NCBI GenBank assembly: GCA_963817895.1
Contig: CAWFQB010000004.1
Location: forward strand, 448,001 to 512,000
Source: an uncultured Chthonomonadaceae bacterium
Lineage (GTDB): Bacteria > Armatimonadota > Chthonomonadetes > Chthonomonadales > Chthonomonadaceae
Length of the DNA: 64,000 nucleotides
Reading direction: 5' to 3'
Positions 1-9,201 of this stretch are shown here, piece by piece. The notes under the pieces were generated by a model. That model was not told the origin of the DNA. It worked only from the letters and a program-made list of their open reading frames with translations, and searched no databases. Position 1 is the first letter of the stretch; every line of letters starts with the position of its first letter. The position numbers and the translations under genes were made by a program.

Positions 1-1549
1 TCCACTCCAGACCGCGCGCGTCCCACGGATTCGGGCCGGCAATCGCGCCGTATTTCAGCGACCAGATCAGATAGAACAGGGGCAGGGCGTAGCCAACACC
101 TAAGACGGAAGAGCCTGCGGATGACAGCACATGCCATACCTGAAATTCCGGCGCGTAGTAGTGATACCGGCGCGGCATCCCCATGTAGCCGACAATGAAC
201 TGCGGGAAGAACGTCAGGTTGAAGCCGACGAACGTAATCGCAGCGGCCAGTTTTGCCCAGTTTTCCGGGTACATGCGCCCCGTCATTTTCGGCCACCAGT
301 AGTGTATGCCGCCGAGATACGCCATGATCGCGCCGCCCACCATGACATAGTGGAAGTGCGCCACGACAAAGTACGTCTGGTTCAGGTGAACGTCAACCGC
401 GAGCGCGGCAAGGAACAGACCGGTCAATCCGCCAAGCGTGAACAGTCCCATGAAGCCGAGCGCGTAGCAGAACGGAGCCGTAAACGAAACCTGTCCTTTG
501 TAAATCGTCGCCGTCCAGTTGAAGATTTTGATGGCGGTCGGCACGGCGATCATGAAGCTGATGATGGAGAACACCATGCTTGAATACATGGACTGCCCCG
601 TCACAAACATGTGATGGCCCCACACCAGAAAGCCGAGAACGGCAATCGCCATACTGGAAAAAGCGACAAAGCTGTATCCGAAGATGCGCCGCCGGGTAAA
701 CGCCGCCATCAGTTCGCTGATAACGCCGAAACCGGGCAAGATCATAATGTACACAGCCGGGTGCGAGTAGAACCAGAACATGTGCTGGAACAGAATCGGG
801 TCGCCGCCATTGGCCGGGTCGAAAATGCCTAAATGCAGGGTGCGCTCGGCAATCACGAGCAGCAGGGTAATGGCGACAACGGGCGTCCCCAAAATCTGAA
901 TCACGCTTGTGGCGTACATAGACCAGCAGAACAGGGGCATACGGAACCACGTCATACCCGGCGCGCGCATTTTATGGATCGTAACGATGAAGTTGATACC
1001 CGTAAAGATGGACGAGAACCCCGCTAAAAACGCCGCCACTATAGTTAGAACCACGTTGGTATTGCTGTACATCGAACTGTACGGCGTGTAGAACGTCCAG
1101 CCGGTATCTACGCCGCCCGCCACAATGGACGCGACCGCGAACAACCCGGCGACTGTGTACACATACCAACTAAGCAGGTTCAGGCGCGGAAAGGCGAGAT
1201 CGCGCGCTCCGATCATCAGCGGTATCAGGAAGTTTCCTAATACGGCGGGAATGGACGGTATCAAGAAAAAGAAGATCATCACGACGCCGTGAATCGTGAA
1301 AAGCTTGTTGTACGTTTCCGACTGAAACCATGTGTCGTGCGGCGTTGTGAGGGCAATGCGAATCATGCCCGCCGCGATGCCGCCAATACCGAAGAAGAAG
1401 GTAATGGACACAAGGTACAGAATAGCGATACGCTTATGGTCAACCGTGAGCAGCCACGAACTGATCGTGTGCTTCACGTTGAGGTAGTTTTCGCGCATCA
1501 CTTCGCGCTCTCCCGGCAATTCGTTTGGCTGAATAGAATATCCACTCAT
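1..1549 (-). CDS. ctaD: Cytochrome c oxidase subunit I, A2-type heme-copper oxidase (3' end beyond the window)
   Basis: Manual translation from ATG at 1549 gives [64 protein letters not shown] at ~725-780; VWGHHMF and VAHFHYV motifs. Absent from the ORF track because no stop lies inside the window. Confidence 0.95.
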   Translation of the reverse strand, partial: MSGYSIQPNELPGEREVMRENYLNVKHTISSWLLTVDHKRIAILYLVSITFFFGIGGIAAGMIRIALTTPHDTWFQSETYNKLFTIHGVVMIFFFLIPSIPAVLGNFLIPLMIGARDLAFPRLNLLSWYVYTVAGLFAVASIVAGGVDTGWTFYTPYSSMYSNTNVVLTIVAAFLAGFSSIFTGINFIVTIHKMRAPGMTWFRMPLFCWSMYATSVIQILGTPVVAITLLLVIAERTLHLGIFDPANGGDPILFQHMFWFYSHPAVYIMILPGFGVISELMAAFTRRRIFGYSFVAFSSMAIAVLGFLVWGHHMFVTGQSMYSSMVFSIISFMIAVPTAIKIFNWTATIYKGQVSFTAPFCYALGFMGLFTLGGLTGLFLAALAVDVHLNQTYFVVAHFHYVMVGGAIMAYLGGIHYWWPKMTGRMYPENWAKLAAAITFVGFNLTFFPQFIVGYMGMPRRYHYYAPEFQVWHVLSSAGSSVLGVGYALPLFYLIWSLKYGAIAGPNPWDARGLEW

Positions 1550-1670
1550 AGTGTTTTCCTGCTATTGTTCAACGCTGATTAGCGATCTATCTTAGTTGTT
1601 CGGGCAAACACAGGGGTTTGCCCCTACATCTATTCGGAAACTCAATCTTTTACGGCTGCTTTGCGTTGCG

Positions 1671-2852
1671 CTATGGGGCGCTCGGCGCGCCCGACGGCAC
1701 ACCCGACGTACTGGCTGCCGAAGCGGCGGGAATGGCGACCCGACCCGGCTGTAATGCCGGACTGCCGGCAGGCGGCGCGGACGCATTGCCATTCGGCTTT
1801 TCGGGCGAACCAGTGTCCGTCGGTTTTGGCGCAGCATTGTTTGTCGTCGTGTTTGTCGCTGCCGGCGCGTTTGTTGTCGTCGGGCTTGTCGTCGTTGCAA
1901 CGCCGAGTGTCTTGATGTACGCGACGAGAGAAAGCACCTGCTCTTCCGTCAACTGTCCCTGCTGCGGGCCGACCGGATACGCGGGCATTCCCCACGAGGA
2001 GTAGCCTTTCACGACCTGCGCTGTCGGGTTGACAATGGATGTGCGCAGATAGTTGTCGTCCGCAATCGCCGTGCTGCCGTTCGTGAACTGGCGCACCTTG
2101 TTGTAAATCCCGTACAGGGTGGGGCCGTGAACATTGTTTTGCGCCGCGTGGCAGTTCGCGCATCCCAGCGTATTATACAGGCTTTCGCCCTGCGTGGTGA
2201 TGGTTTCATGCGCCTGCGTGTCTCGCGTTCCGCCTGTGTCCGTCCACACCTGATAATCGGCGGGGTCCATCACGTACACCCATCCGGTCATTTCCGAATG
2301 GTTCGTGCCGCAATACTCCGAGCAGAACAGGTGGTACTTGCCCGGACGAGTGGGCAGGAACCAGCAGGTATTGTACCGACCCGGCAGCACATCGCGCTTT
2401 ACCCGGAAGGCGGGGACGAAAAAGCCGTGAATCACGTCCTGCGAAATCATCGTCAATTTGATGGGCTTGCCGACAGGGATATGCAGTTCGTTGTTTTCGC
2501 GTATCCCGTTGGCGTGTTGTACGTGCCACATCCAGCGTTTGCCGATAACGAATATCTCTGTGGCGTCCGCGGGTGGGCGATACACCTCCGTAAACGGTTT
2601 CGCCGCCCACAGAAACACGCCGAGCGCGAGAAACAGCGGCCCGATAGACCACGACAATTCCAGAATGATATGCTCATCTACAGCACCCTTGCGCGAGTAC
2701 CGCGACCCGCGCCGGTAGCGAATGGCGAGAAACATCATAATGGACGGCACTACGAGCGTGAAAAACAGCGTCAGCAGGCACAGGACAATAAAGATGTTAT
2801 CTACGTCTACGGCAAACGTCGAAGCCTGTTCGGGGGCTATGGGAAAGTTCAT
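1671..2852 (-). CDS. coxB: Cytochrome c oxidase subunit II with fused cytochrome c (caa3 type) and Pro/Thr/Ala-rich C-terminal tail
   Basis: CuA motifs DVIHGF and CSEYCGTNHSEM; CANCH heme motif; two N-terminal TM helices. Confidence 0.95.
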   Translation of the reverse strand: MNFPIAPEQASTFAVDVDNIFIVLCLLTLFFTLVVPSIMMFLAIRYRRGSRYSRKGAVDEHIILELSWSIGPLFLALGVFLWAAKPFTEVYRPPADATEIFVIGKRWMWHVQHANGIRENNELHIPVGKPIKLTMISQDVIHGFFVPAFRVKRDVLPGRYNTCWFLPTRPGKYHLFCSEYCGTNHSEMTGWVYVMDPADYQVWTDTGGTRDTQAHETITTQGESLYNTLGCANCHAAQNNVHGPTLYGIYNKVRQFTNGSTAIADDNYLRTSIVNPTAQVVKGYSSWGMPAYPVGPQQGQLTEEQVLSLVAYIKTLGVATTTSPTTTNAPAATNTTTNNAAPKPTDTGSPEKPNGNASAPPAGSPALQPGRVAIPAASAASTSGVPSGAPSAP

Positions 2853-2862
2853 ATCTGCCCAT

Positions 2863-3777
2863 CTACCTTTCTACCATCCAGCAGTATCTGCTTTTTCTCC
2901 GCCGAAGCATCAGGCCGATGCTGCATCCGAGTATCAGCACGGTCGCGATGCCCAAAACCTGACTGATGCGGGTTACGAACAGGCCGTACTTGCCGGTCGT
3001 CGGGTCGTAATGGTAGCACAGGATGAGAATCTGGTCTATTTTTGAGCCGATTTTGTTTTCGCCGGCTTCGGTCAGCGCCAGTTTCATATCGCGGGCAATG
3101 TAATCGCTGCCATAAAAGTAGCGGAATGTTTTGCCTGTTGGGGATAGCACGACAAAGCCGGTGGCGTGTCCGAACTGCTGCGTTTGCAGGTTTTTAACGT
3201 AGTGGAAGCCGATAGTTTCCGCCAGTTTGGAAATATTCGCGTCCGTGCCGGTCAGATAGTGGATACCCTGCGCCGAGTCTTTGTTCGTCAGTGTGGACGT
3301 GTATTCTGTTTTCCTCGCTTTGGAAATTGCCGGTGTTTCAGCGGGATTGATGCTGACCATGATTACCTGAAAGTCGCGTCCCGGCTGATACTTCATGTTG
3401 TTGAACGCGCTCATCAAGCCGGCCTGTTCCGTGTTGCAGGCTCCGGCGCATTTGTAGAAGGGCATCATCAGAATGGAGGGTTGTTTGCCGTTGATGTAAT
3501 CGCGCAGCATCACGTTTTTGCCGTCTTCGTCCACGAACGACAGGTCAACCGGCACATCCGTATTCACCTTCTGATCGAAATGCACATCCGGCGTAGCGGT
3601 CAGAACGGATTGTCCCTGCGCCAGTCCGACATCGGGCTTCTGTGTCTGCGCCGACACGCCGGATTGCGCGAACGCGGCAAGGCAAGCCGCCACACCCAAA
3701 TTCAACGCCTGTGCGCCCCATGAAAACCGGGTTGTTCGTACCATGCGTTCATCCAACTTTCTACTCTCATCAACCAT
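2863..3777 (-). CDS. SCO1/SenC family copper chaperone
   Basis: CAGAC (CxxxC) motif, FGHA His ligand, CYHYDPTTGKY C-terminal motif; lies between ACIII and oxidase genes. Confidence 0.88.
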   Translation of the reverse strand: MVDESRKLDERMVRTTRFSWGAQALNLGVAACLAAFAQSGVSAQTQKPDVGLAQGQSVLTATPDVHFDQKVNTDVPVDLSFVDEDGKNVMLRDYINGKQPSILMMPFYKCAGACNTEQAGLMSAFNNMKYQPGRDFQVIMVSINPAETPAISKARKTEYTSTLTNKDSAQGIHYLTGTDANISKLAETIGFHYVKNLQTQQFGHATGFVVLSPTGKTFRYFYGSDYIARDMKLALTEAGENKIGSKIDQILILCYHYDPTTGKYGLFVTRISQVLGIATVLILGCSIGLMLRRRKSRYCWMVER

Positions 3778-3887
3778 CTTAAAAGCGTTAACCGGTACAT
3801 CTCTGTACAGTTATTTTTACAATTCAGGAACGCGGAACATTGCGTTTGTACCGGCTTACGAAATGCCGGTTTGCCGCAGGATAGGCT

Positions 3888-4571
3888 CTAATGCGACCCT
3901 GTAGAATTGGGATCAGACAGGGGCAAAGGCAGGCCGCCGCCGCTGTTGGTTCCATTCCCATTTGTTGGGGAGGGCGTGGAAACACCGGGCGCGTTGGGCG
4001 TCGGCTTTGTGCCGCGCTCCGAATTCACGCCACCCTGTCCCACATAGCCGCCGTTCCCGCTCCCGTCCATTGTGCCGGAGGTTGGCGGCACACCGGAACC
4101 GGCATCTTTGCCGTCCATAATCGGGGGCGAATACGGCTGTGTCGTTGCCCGCATGTCCACCGGCCCCGCGCCCGGACGGATGGGCAGTTCCGGCAATACC
4201 AGCGTCATTGCGCGGTCAATGGGAATATGAATCGCGCCCGTGCGCGGATCGCGTCCGTATCCATTGATGGCGGCGAATTCGTTCTGGCGGTAATCTTTAA
4301 TGTCCTGCACGGCATTGGCTTGCAGGCGCGGACCGGGCGGCAGTTGGCGCGAATACGTCAGCGGGAACTGCGATTTCTCCTCGCCTCCCGGCACATACAC
4401 AAACCGGAACAGCACCCACGTCACGGACGCCGCGCCTGCCACGAACACGAACAGGAAGGCGACCCATTTGGCGATGGCGCTGAGAGATACGTCCCGCGTT
4501 TCGTACAATCGTCCCGTGTCGGGTATGGGAGTCGGGTTGTCATGCCCGTGAGAATCGTTGTTATTACGCAT
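3888..4571 (-). CDS. actG: Alternative complex III subunit ActG-like membrane protein with low-complexity tail
   Basis: YETRD + single TM + PPGPRLQ...GYG...IHIPIDRAM pattern; position between actF and SCO. Confidence 0.65.
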   Translation of the reverse strand: MRNNNDSHGHDNPTPIPDTGRLYETRDVSLSAIAKWVAFLFVFVAGAASVTWVLFRFVYVPGGEEKSQFPLTYSRQLPPGPRLQANAVQDIKDYRQNEFAAINGYGRDPRTGAIHIPIDRAMTLVLPELPIRPGAGPVDMRATTQPYSPPIMDGKDAGSGVPPTSGTMDGSGNGGYVGQGGVNSERGTKPTPNAPGVSTPSPTNGNGTNSGGGLPLPLSDPNSTGSH

Positions 4572-5805
4572 GAGCCTCCTCCACGTAATTCAGGTCTGCC
4601 GCGTCTTCAATAGTGACTAAGGAGTTGCGGCGGGCGAACCAGAAGAAGCCGAACATCCACACGCCGCCAATACCGATAACCGCCAGCGGATACGCGAAAT
4701 TAAACTGCGTGACCAGTTCCGTGTACAGGTTTTTCTGGTAAAACGGCACAATGTTCCAGAACGATTCCAGTATGCGGATACCGAATATCCACATTGCCAC
4801 GTTGCGCAGCAGCATCGGACTGCGCTTGGTCTTGCCGGACAGCAGGCACAAGAACGGCCCGAAGAACATGGCAAAGACGAGAAACGTTGTCACATACGCT
4901 GTCGTGCCGTTGTTGCGCTGTATGTAGTAGGTAATCTCTTCCGGCAGGTTGCCCGACCATGTAATGATGAACTGCGATACCGAGAAGTACGCCCACACCA
5001 TGCACAGGGTCAACATCAGGTTGCCCCAATCCTTGAGGGGCTTGGCGGTGACAACTCTGGTATAAATCGCGTCTCCACGCATCCGCAGCGTGGTAGCCAT
5101 AATGGTTGTAAACGCCAGCGCGGTCAGCGCGGAACCGGCCATATACCACGCGGCATAAATGGTCGAATACCAGTGCCGATCCAGCGACATTACCCAATGC
5201 ACATACGCGAACGTGCCTGAGAGCATAAAAGCGCAGAAACTAAGGGCGGCATAGTCTACGCGAGTCTGAATGATTCTGGCGTCACGGGTGCGATCCTGAT
5301 CGGCAGACAGACGTGTTTGCATGGCTGTAATCAGCGTCCAGAGGCCGAAGTAAGTAACTGTGCCGATAGTCCAGGCAGTCGGGTTCATAAACAGATAACG
5401 GTGCGCCATTTTCTCGTCGGCGTGAGCAACGGCGTAGTCACCCCACGGATAAATGCTGCGCGCGCCCATCCAGACATTGGCAATGATGGGCAGAAACAGC
5501 ACGAACATCCATGGGAACATCTTCGCGCCCGCTTCCCATAAGCGCAGAACGGGAAAACCCCACGTTCCCCGCGTGATATTGGTCAGCAGCATGAGCGCGA
5601 AGCAGCCGAGCGTGACGGACATCCAGAATATCCAGCCGTACAGCCATGCCTGATAAAATATAGTTTCCGTGCCGCCGCCAAGATGCAGCAGAAAGCATCC
5701 CAATACAAGTCCGACAAGCGCGGCAATGCCCACAATGCCCGCTTTTTGTCCGAACGGCTCCCAATCGGCGGGGAACAGCCTTGTATTATCTGTTGCCTGT
5801 GCCAT
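4564..5805 (-). CDS. actF: Alternative complex III membrane subunit ActF
   Basis: Multi-TM NrfD-like paralogue, WVMSLDRHWYST and SQFIITWSGNLPEE motifs; start reassigned to MAQATDN at 5805. Confidence 0.9.
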   Translation of the reverse strand: MAQATDNTRLFPADWEPFGQKAGIVGIAALVGLVLGCFLLHLGGGTETIFYQAWLYGWIFWMSVTLGCFALMLLTNITRGTWGFPVLRLWEAGAKMFPWMFVLFLPIIANVWMGARSIYPWGDYAVAHADEKMAHRYLFMNPTAWTIGTVTYFGLWTLITAMQTRLSADQDRTRDARIIQTRVDYAALSFCAFMLSGTFAYVHWVMSLDRHWYSTIYAAWYMAGSALTALAFTTIMATTLRMRGDAIYTRVVTAKPLKDWGNLMLTLCMVWAYFSVSQFIITWSGNLPEEITYYIQRNNGTTAYVTTFLVFAMFFGPFLCLLSGKTKRSPMLLRNVAMWIFGIRILESFWNIVPFYQKNLYTELVTQFNFAYPLAVIGIGGVWMFGFFWFARRNSLVTIEDAADLNYVEEAHA

Positions 5806-6850
5806 TTGTCCCCCCCATCGGCGGCGTCGCAGTACCTGCGGACGGCGGCCTTGCGCCACTCTGGTTATCGTGTTCCGGCACTTCCGGCGCGTGGCGAATC
5901 GTCCCCGAACCTGTTCTGCCGGACGGCATAGTATTTGTCGGCGCTCCGGGCGCGTTGCCTGTTGCGGGAGTTCCCGGCGCGTTTCCACTTTGGGGCGTAC
6001 CCGGCCCGTTTGTGGTTGCCTGCGGTGGTGTGCCGGGGGCGGGCTGCCGATTGCCGTTTTCGGGCGTGTTCGGAACCGGGGTATCCGCAAGCGGCGCGTG
6101 GTCTGTTACCGAACCCGTGCCATTTGCGCCCGGCGTATTATTGTTTCCCGGCTGCGGAACAAAATTGTCAATCTGCGCTTTGGCGGCGGGCGATATTTTG
6201 GTATCGTCTACATCGCCGCGACCCGCGTTCTGGCTGCGCTGAAGGGCGCGAATGTAGGCCACAATCCGCCATCGGTCATCCGGCTCAACACGCGACGCAT
6301 AAGAGTACATCGTGCCGTAGCCGTTGGTAATCACGTCGTAGAAGTGACCGACGGGCGCGTTACGCAGGCGCTCCTCGTGGTAGTTACCCGGCGGGCGGCG
6401 CAGGGCAAAGCCGCGCTGCGCGATCATCCCCTGCCCGTTGCCCAATGCGCCGTGACAGGGCGAACAGTAGATGCTGAATCGCTCCTGTCCCCGCGCCATA
6501 TCCTGTGAGGTAATTTTGAACGGGAACGTGGTCGCCACCTGAAGATGGTTGTCAAAGCCGGTATAACGCGCCGAATCCGTCCAGTATTGGCCCCGCGCGA
6601 CGGTATTGTTGATCGGCTTGCGCTGCGCCTGCTGATCCGGGAAAAAGTCGCTCGGATACTGCGGCTTCACTTTGGGTTGTATCCACATATCGGTGTGGCA
6701 GCCGGACAACCCGACGAGCAGCAATAGGCCGGAGTACCTCACCCCAACCCCTCTCCTTGCCGCTCCTGCGTCGCCAGGAGAGGGGCTATTTGAGGTGGCG
6801 GCTGTGCCAGTGGTTATATTATTGCGTTGTATGCGGAAGGGAACTCGCAT
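5786..6850 (-). CDS. actE: Alternative complex III monoheme cytochrome c lipoprotein ActE (start uncertain)
   Basis: Lipobox LSGC, DMWIQPK, CSPCHG heme motif, GYGTMYSYA...DRWRIVAYIRALQ. Confidence 0.9.
   Translation of the reverse strand: MRVPFRIQRNNITTGTAATSNSPSPGDAGAARRGVGVRYSGLLLLVGLSGCHTDMWIQPKVKPQYPSDFFPDQQAQRKPINNTVARGQYWTDSARYTGFDNHLQVATTFPFKITSQDMARGQERFSIYCSPCHGALGNGQGMIAQRGFALRRPPGNYHEERLRNAPVGHFYDVITNGYGTMYSYASRVEPDDRWRIVAYIRALQRSQNAGRGDVDDTKISPAAKAQIDNFVPQPGNNNTPGANGTGSVTDHAPLADTPVPNTPENGNRQPAPGTPPQATTNGPGTPQSGNAPGTPATGNAPGAPTNTMPSGRTGSGTIRHAPEVPEHDNQSGARPPSAGTATPPMGGTNGTGNR
6737..6785. repeat. REP-like palindrome inside the actE 5' region
   Basis: CCTCACCCCAACCCCTCTCCT...AGGAGAGGGG; arms cccctctcct (6748-6757) and aggagagggg (6776-6785). 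Confidence 0.65.
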
Positions 6851-6867
6851 GTTCACTTTCCTAAACC

Positions 6868-7422
6868 TCAATTCTCGACTTCTGACACCTGTAGCGGGTT
6901 CAGGCCAAGCAGGAAATCTTCGGTTTCTTCGCGGTCGAATTTCGGGTCTTTCGACTCGATGCACAGGAAAAAGCGCGTTTGCGACGCCAGTTCAAAGCGC
7001 GGCGCGTTGAAAATGGGATGGTGCGGGCGCGGCAGGCCGTTGAAAGCGAGCATCGCACCGGCAGCCGTCAGCGCAGCCAGCAAAATGGTACATTCAAATG
7101 TGACCGGAATAAACTGCGGCCAACTGAACGCGGGTTTGCCGCCCACATTCCAGGGATAGTCGCAAACGCTGGTATACCATTGCAGCCCCATGCCGCCCGC
7201 CGCCCCGGACAACCCGGCCAGAAACACAGCCCACGGAATACGCCAGTCGTTTAGGTCGAGCGCGTCTTCCTCATACAGACCCGCGACCGGAAACGGCGTA
7301 TACGCATCCATGACCCGGTAGCCCGCCGCTTTCGCCGCTTTGACCGCCGTGATCAGATCTTCGGGCGTATCAAACTCCGCCGTCATGCCGTATAAGCGGG
7401 GTAATGTCGTCTCGTGTAACAC
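6868..7422 (-). CDS. actD: Alternative complex III subunit ActD (DUF3341)
   Basis: AEFDTPEDL..A, MDAYTPFPV, NVGGKP.FSWP.FIPVTFE motifs. Confidence 0.92.
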   Translation of the reverse strand: MLHETTLPRLYGMTAEFDTPEDLITAVKAAKAAGYRVMDAYTPFPVAGLYEEDALDLNDWRIPWAVFLAGLSGAAGGMGLQWYTSVCDYPWNVGGKPAFSWPQFIPVTFECTILLAALTAAGAMLAFNGLPRPHHPIFNAPRFELASQTRFFLCIESKDPKFDREETEDFLLGLNPLQVSEVEN

Positions 7423-7433
7423 GTTCGTTCCTC

Positions 7434-7555
7434 AGGCATCAGGCATCAGGCATTAGGCATTAGGAAAATCCTGCTGTTATCCAATATGCGCAATTTTAAG
7501 TATCATAGCATCAGTCAAGTTCTTCCTAATGCCTAATGCCTGATGCCTGATGCCT
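7434..7555. repeat. Inverted heptamer-array hairpin (AGGCATY units), actC/actD spacer
   Basis: Perfect 33-bp inverted arms at 7434-7466 and 7523-7555 around a 56-nt AT-rich spacer. Confidence 0.92.
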
Positions 7556-9053
7556 CTATTCGTGCTTAAGTCCCGCAGGACTGGTAATCGCGTTGGCTTG
7601 TTCGCCGCCCGGACTGACATGGCCGTGATGACCGTCCGTGCCGTGTTCGCCACCATGCGTGTGGTTTTCGTGGTGCAGCAGTTCGCGCATTTCAAAGATC
7701 GAAATCATCGGCAGGAACCGGATGAACAGGAACATCAGGAAAATGAACTGCCCGATGGTTCCCAAAAACATCGTATAGTCGAACGGGCGCGGCACATAGT
7801 AGTTCCAGCTTGACGGCAAATAGTCGCGGTGCAGGCTGACCGGAATAATCACGAACCGCTCGAACCACATCCCGATACTGACCGACTGGCACACAAGGAA
7901 CAGCACTTTCAGGTTGGTACGGAACTTCTTAAACCACATCAGTTGCGGAATCAGGATGTTTGTGCAAATCAGCACCCAGTACGACCAGCCATACGCGGGG
8001 CTGAAAATGCGGAACCGCAGCATGTCCATCTCGTACTTGTCGCCGCCGTACCAGCCGAAGAATACTTCCATCAGGTAGCCGTAAGCGACAATCAGGCCCG
8101 TCGTGAGCATGATTTTCGCCATCCAGTCAAGATGCTTCATCGTAATGAAGTCTTCCAGATGGTACCATCTTACGAAGGGGAATGGCGAACGTGATAACCA
8201 TCGCGAACCCGGCGAAAACCGCGCCCGCGACAAAGTACGGCGGGAAAATCGTCGTATGCCAGCCCGGGACGATTCCAACGGAGAAGTCGAAACTCACGAT
8301 GGAGTGGACCGAAAGCACCAGCGGCGTCGAAAGTCCGGCAAGTATCAGGTACGCGCTCTCATACCGCTGCCAGTGCGAGGCGGAACCGCGCCATCCCAAC
8401 GCGCCCGCGCCGAACAGCACTTTGGCGTACACGTTCGTCGCCCTGTCGCGCAGACTGGCAAGGTCGGGTATCAGGCCGATAAACCAGAACACCGCTGATA
8501 CCGTCGCATACGTGGAAACCGCGAACACGTCCCAGATAAGCGGGCTGCGGAACTGCGGCCACATCGCCAGAATGCTCGGATACGGGAACATCCAGTACGC
8601 GCACCAGGGTCGCCCCGTATGCAGCAGTGGGAACAGACCGGCGCACGAAACCGCGAACAGCGTCATGGCTTCCGCAAAGCGGTTGATACTGGTGCGCCAC
8701 TGCTGTCTGAGCAGCAGCAGAATGGCCGAAATCAGGGTTCCCGCGTGGCCGATACCGATCCACCACACGAAGTTGATGATGTCGAAGCCCCACGCGGACG
8801 GCTCATTGATGCCCCAGATACCAACACCCATCCACAGCAGATAGACGATGGTGTACATCAGCAGGTTGAGCAGCAGAAATCCGATGCCCACCATGACGTA
8901 CCAGGGCATCGGGTGTCCGGCCTGATTCAGCACGATCCGCCCGATACGATCCGTGATCGTTTCGTAGGTGTTTCTGCCGCCAATCAGGCGGTTTCCGGTC
9001 GGTTCTGTATTTTCTCCCGGCGCAGGGGTCGGGGTCGGGTAAACGTCAGCCAA
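7556..9053 (-). CDS. actC: Alternative complex III quinol-binding subunit ActC (NrfD family), one frameshift near 8165
   Basis: [38 protein letters not shown] and [10 protein letters not shown] are split across ORFs 8127..9053 and 7556..8278. Confidence 0.92.
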
Positions 9054-9073
9054 CGGGTTACTCCGTGAGGAGA

Positions 9074-9199
<126 letters not shown>

Positions 9200-9201
<2 letters not shown>

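Noticed and set aside
131..1582. Several plus-strand and short minus-strand ORFs in the track
   Set aside because: They are shadows of coxA, which runs off the window and was not called by the track.
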